A stretch of DNA of 38,485 bases from Acidimicrobiia bacterium (GTDB lineage Bacteria > Actinomycetota > Acidimicrobiia > Spongiisociales > SHLN01), in assembly GCA_041619515.1 (NCBI GenBank), contig JBFKDW010000020.1, positions 1 to 38,485 of the forward strand, written 5' to 3'. This document shows, piece after piece, positions 37,769 to 38,485 of this stretch (positions are counted from its first letter, which is position 1; each line of letters begins with the position of its first letter). Below the pieces are notes generated by a model. That model saw only the letters and a program-made list of their open reading frames with translations, ran no database searches and was not told the DNA's origin. A program made the translations under genes and the position numbers.

Positions 37769-37934
37769 TCAGCCCACGATGGCACGCCGCAGCGAAATCG
37801 ATGCGGCGACAAGGAGCGAGAACCCGAACATGACCAGGACCGTGAGCTCCAGGCCTATTTGCCCGAGGCCGCCGCCGGGCAACGTCTTTCGCGGCAACGA
37901 CGAGGATCGCGCTCCAGAAGGCCCTGTGCCTCAA
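37769..37934 (-). pseudogene. Possible collapsed ABC-2 permease remnant
   Basis: N-terminal-like AILVVAAKDVARR followed in another frame by C-terminal-like GLELTVLVMFGFSLLVAASISLRRAIVG-stop. Confidence 0.45.
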
Positions 37935-38055
37935 TTGTGCTCCGTGACCAGCCGCACGGCAGGGCCTGAGGTCCCCGGGCCGTTGGTACGTTGTCCTCTT
38001 CCCGTCGCCAACTCACCTGCGCGACGATGGGTGAGCCGTGTGAGGAGGTCACAGA

Positions 38056-38334
38056 ATGGATCGTCACGAGGAACGCAGAGCTGCCGCTATCACCCGCATC
38101 ACCGACAAGCGCGACTTCAGGAACCACGCTCTCGTCTACTTCGCCGTCAACACACTGCTCGTGGTCATCTGGGCCGCATCCGGTGTCGGCTACTTCTGGC
38201 CGATCTGGCCGATCGCAGGATGGGGCATCGCTCTCGCCCTCCACGCCTGGCGGACCTTCGGACAGAAGCCCATCTCCGAAGCCGACATCGTCGACGAGAT
38301 GGACCGGGTCACGAGCCCGCCCAACCGCGCCTGA
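38056..38334 (+). CDS. 2TM domain protein
   Basis: FRNHALVYFAVNTLLVVIW...YFWPIWPIAGWGIALALHA; GAGGAGG RBS. Confidence 0.88.
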   Translation: MDRHEERRAAAITRITDKRDFRNHALVYFAVNTLLVVIWAASGVGYFWPIWPIAGWGIALALHAWRTFGQKPISEADIVDEMDRVTSPPNRA

Positions 38335-38380
38335 ACCGACGTCGTCGATGCCACCTGAAGCCGCGGACAAGGAGGTTGCA

Positions 38381-38485
38381 ATGATCACGTCTCCATCAAT
38401 CCAGACCAATCTCGACCTCGTGGTACGGGCCGGTACCCTCATCCACACCCGCTTCGTCGACCCCGACGAGGAGCTGTTCGCACAC
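38381..38485 (+). CDS. 5' end of an unidentified protein (truncated by window edge)
   Basis: AAGGAGG RBS, ATG at 38381, open to the end: MITSPSIQTNLDLVVRAGTLIHTRFVDPDEELFAH. Confidence 0.65.
   Translation, partial: MITSPSIQTNLDLVVRAGTLIHTRFVDPDEELFAH

Overview
GC-rich bacterial DNA, most likely an actinobacterium of the Acidimicrobiia type. This is inferred from Eis, DesA-type desaturase, CtpE-like ATPase and the galU-moaC-mog-SepX/SAF/MTAP neighbourhood. The left 26.7 kb is mostly housekeeping: Moco genes, galU, mtnP, uppP, a P-type ATPase, a nadQ-nadA-nadB-nadC NAD cluster with tandem operator boxes, a desaturase, an ABC-2 exporter, plsY-pgsA-glpK, an RRM protein and plsC. A tRNA-Arg(CCT) at 26746-26818 is flanked by a decayed tRNA 3' half and an IS481-like remnant. 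The region to its right looks accessory. It holds a second RRM gene with a long structured leader, coupled to an unlisted 56-aa Cys/His microprotein, plus an unlisted 40-aa Lys-rich microprotein, a convergent five-gene GT4/GH5/GH130/six-hairpin glycan module and collapsed ABC transporter pseudogenes. An uncharacterised membrane-protein gene at the left end has two Rex/CRP-type and two DosR-like boxes upstream. All calls come from reading motifs by eye, with no database searches. No CRISPR array, rRNA or intact integrase was seen.
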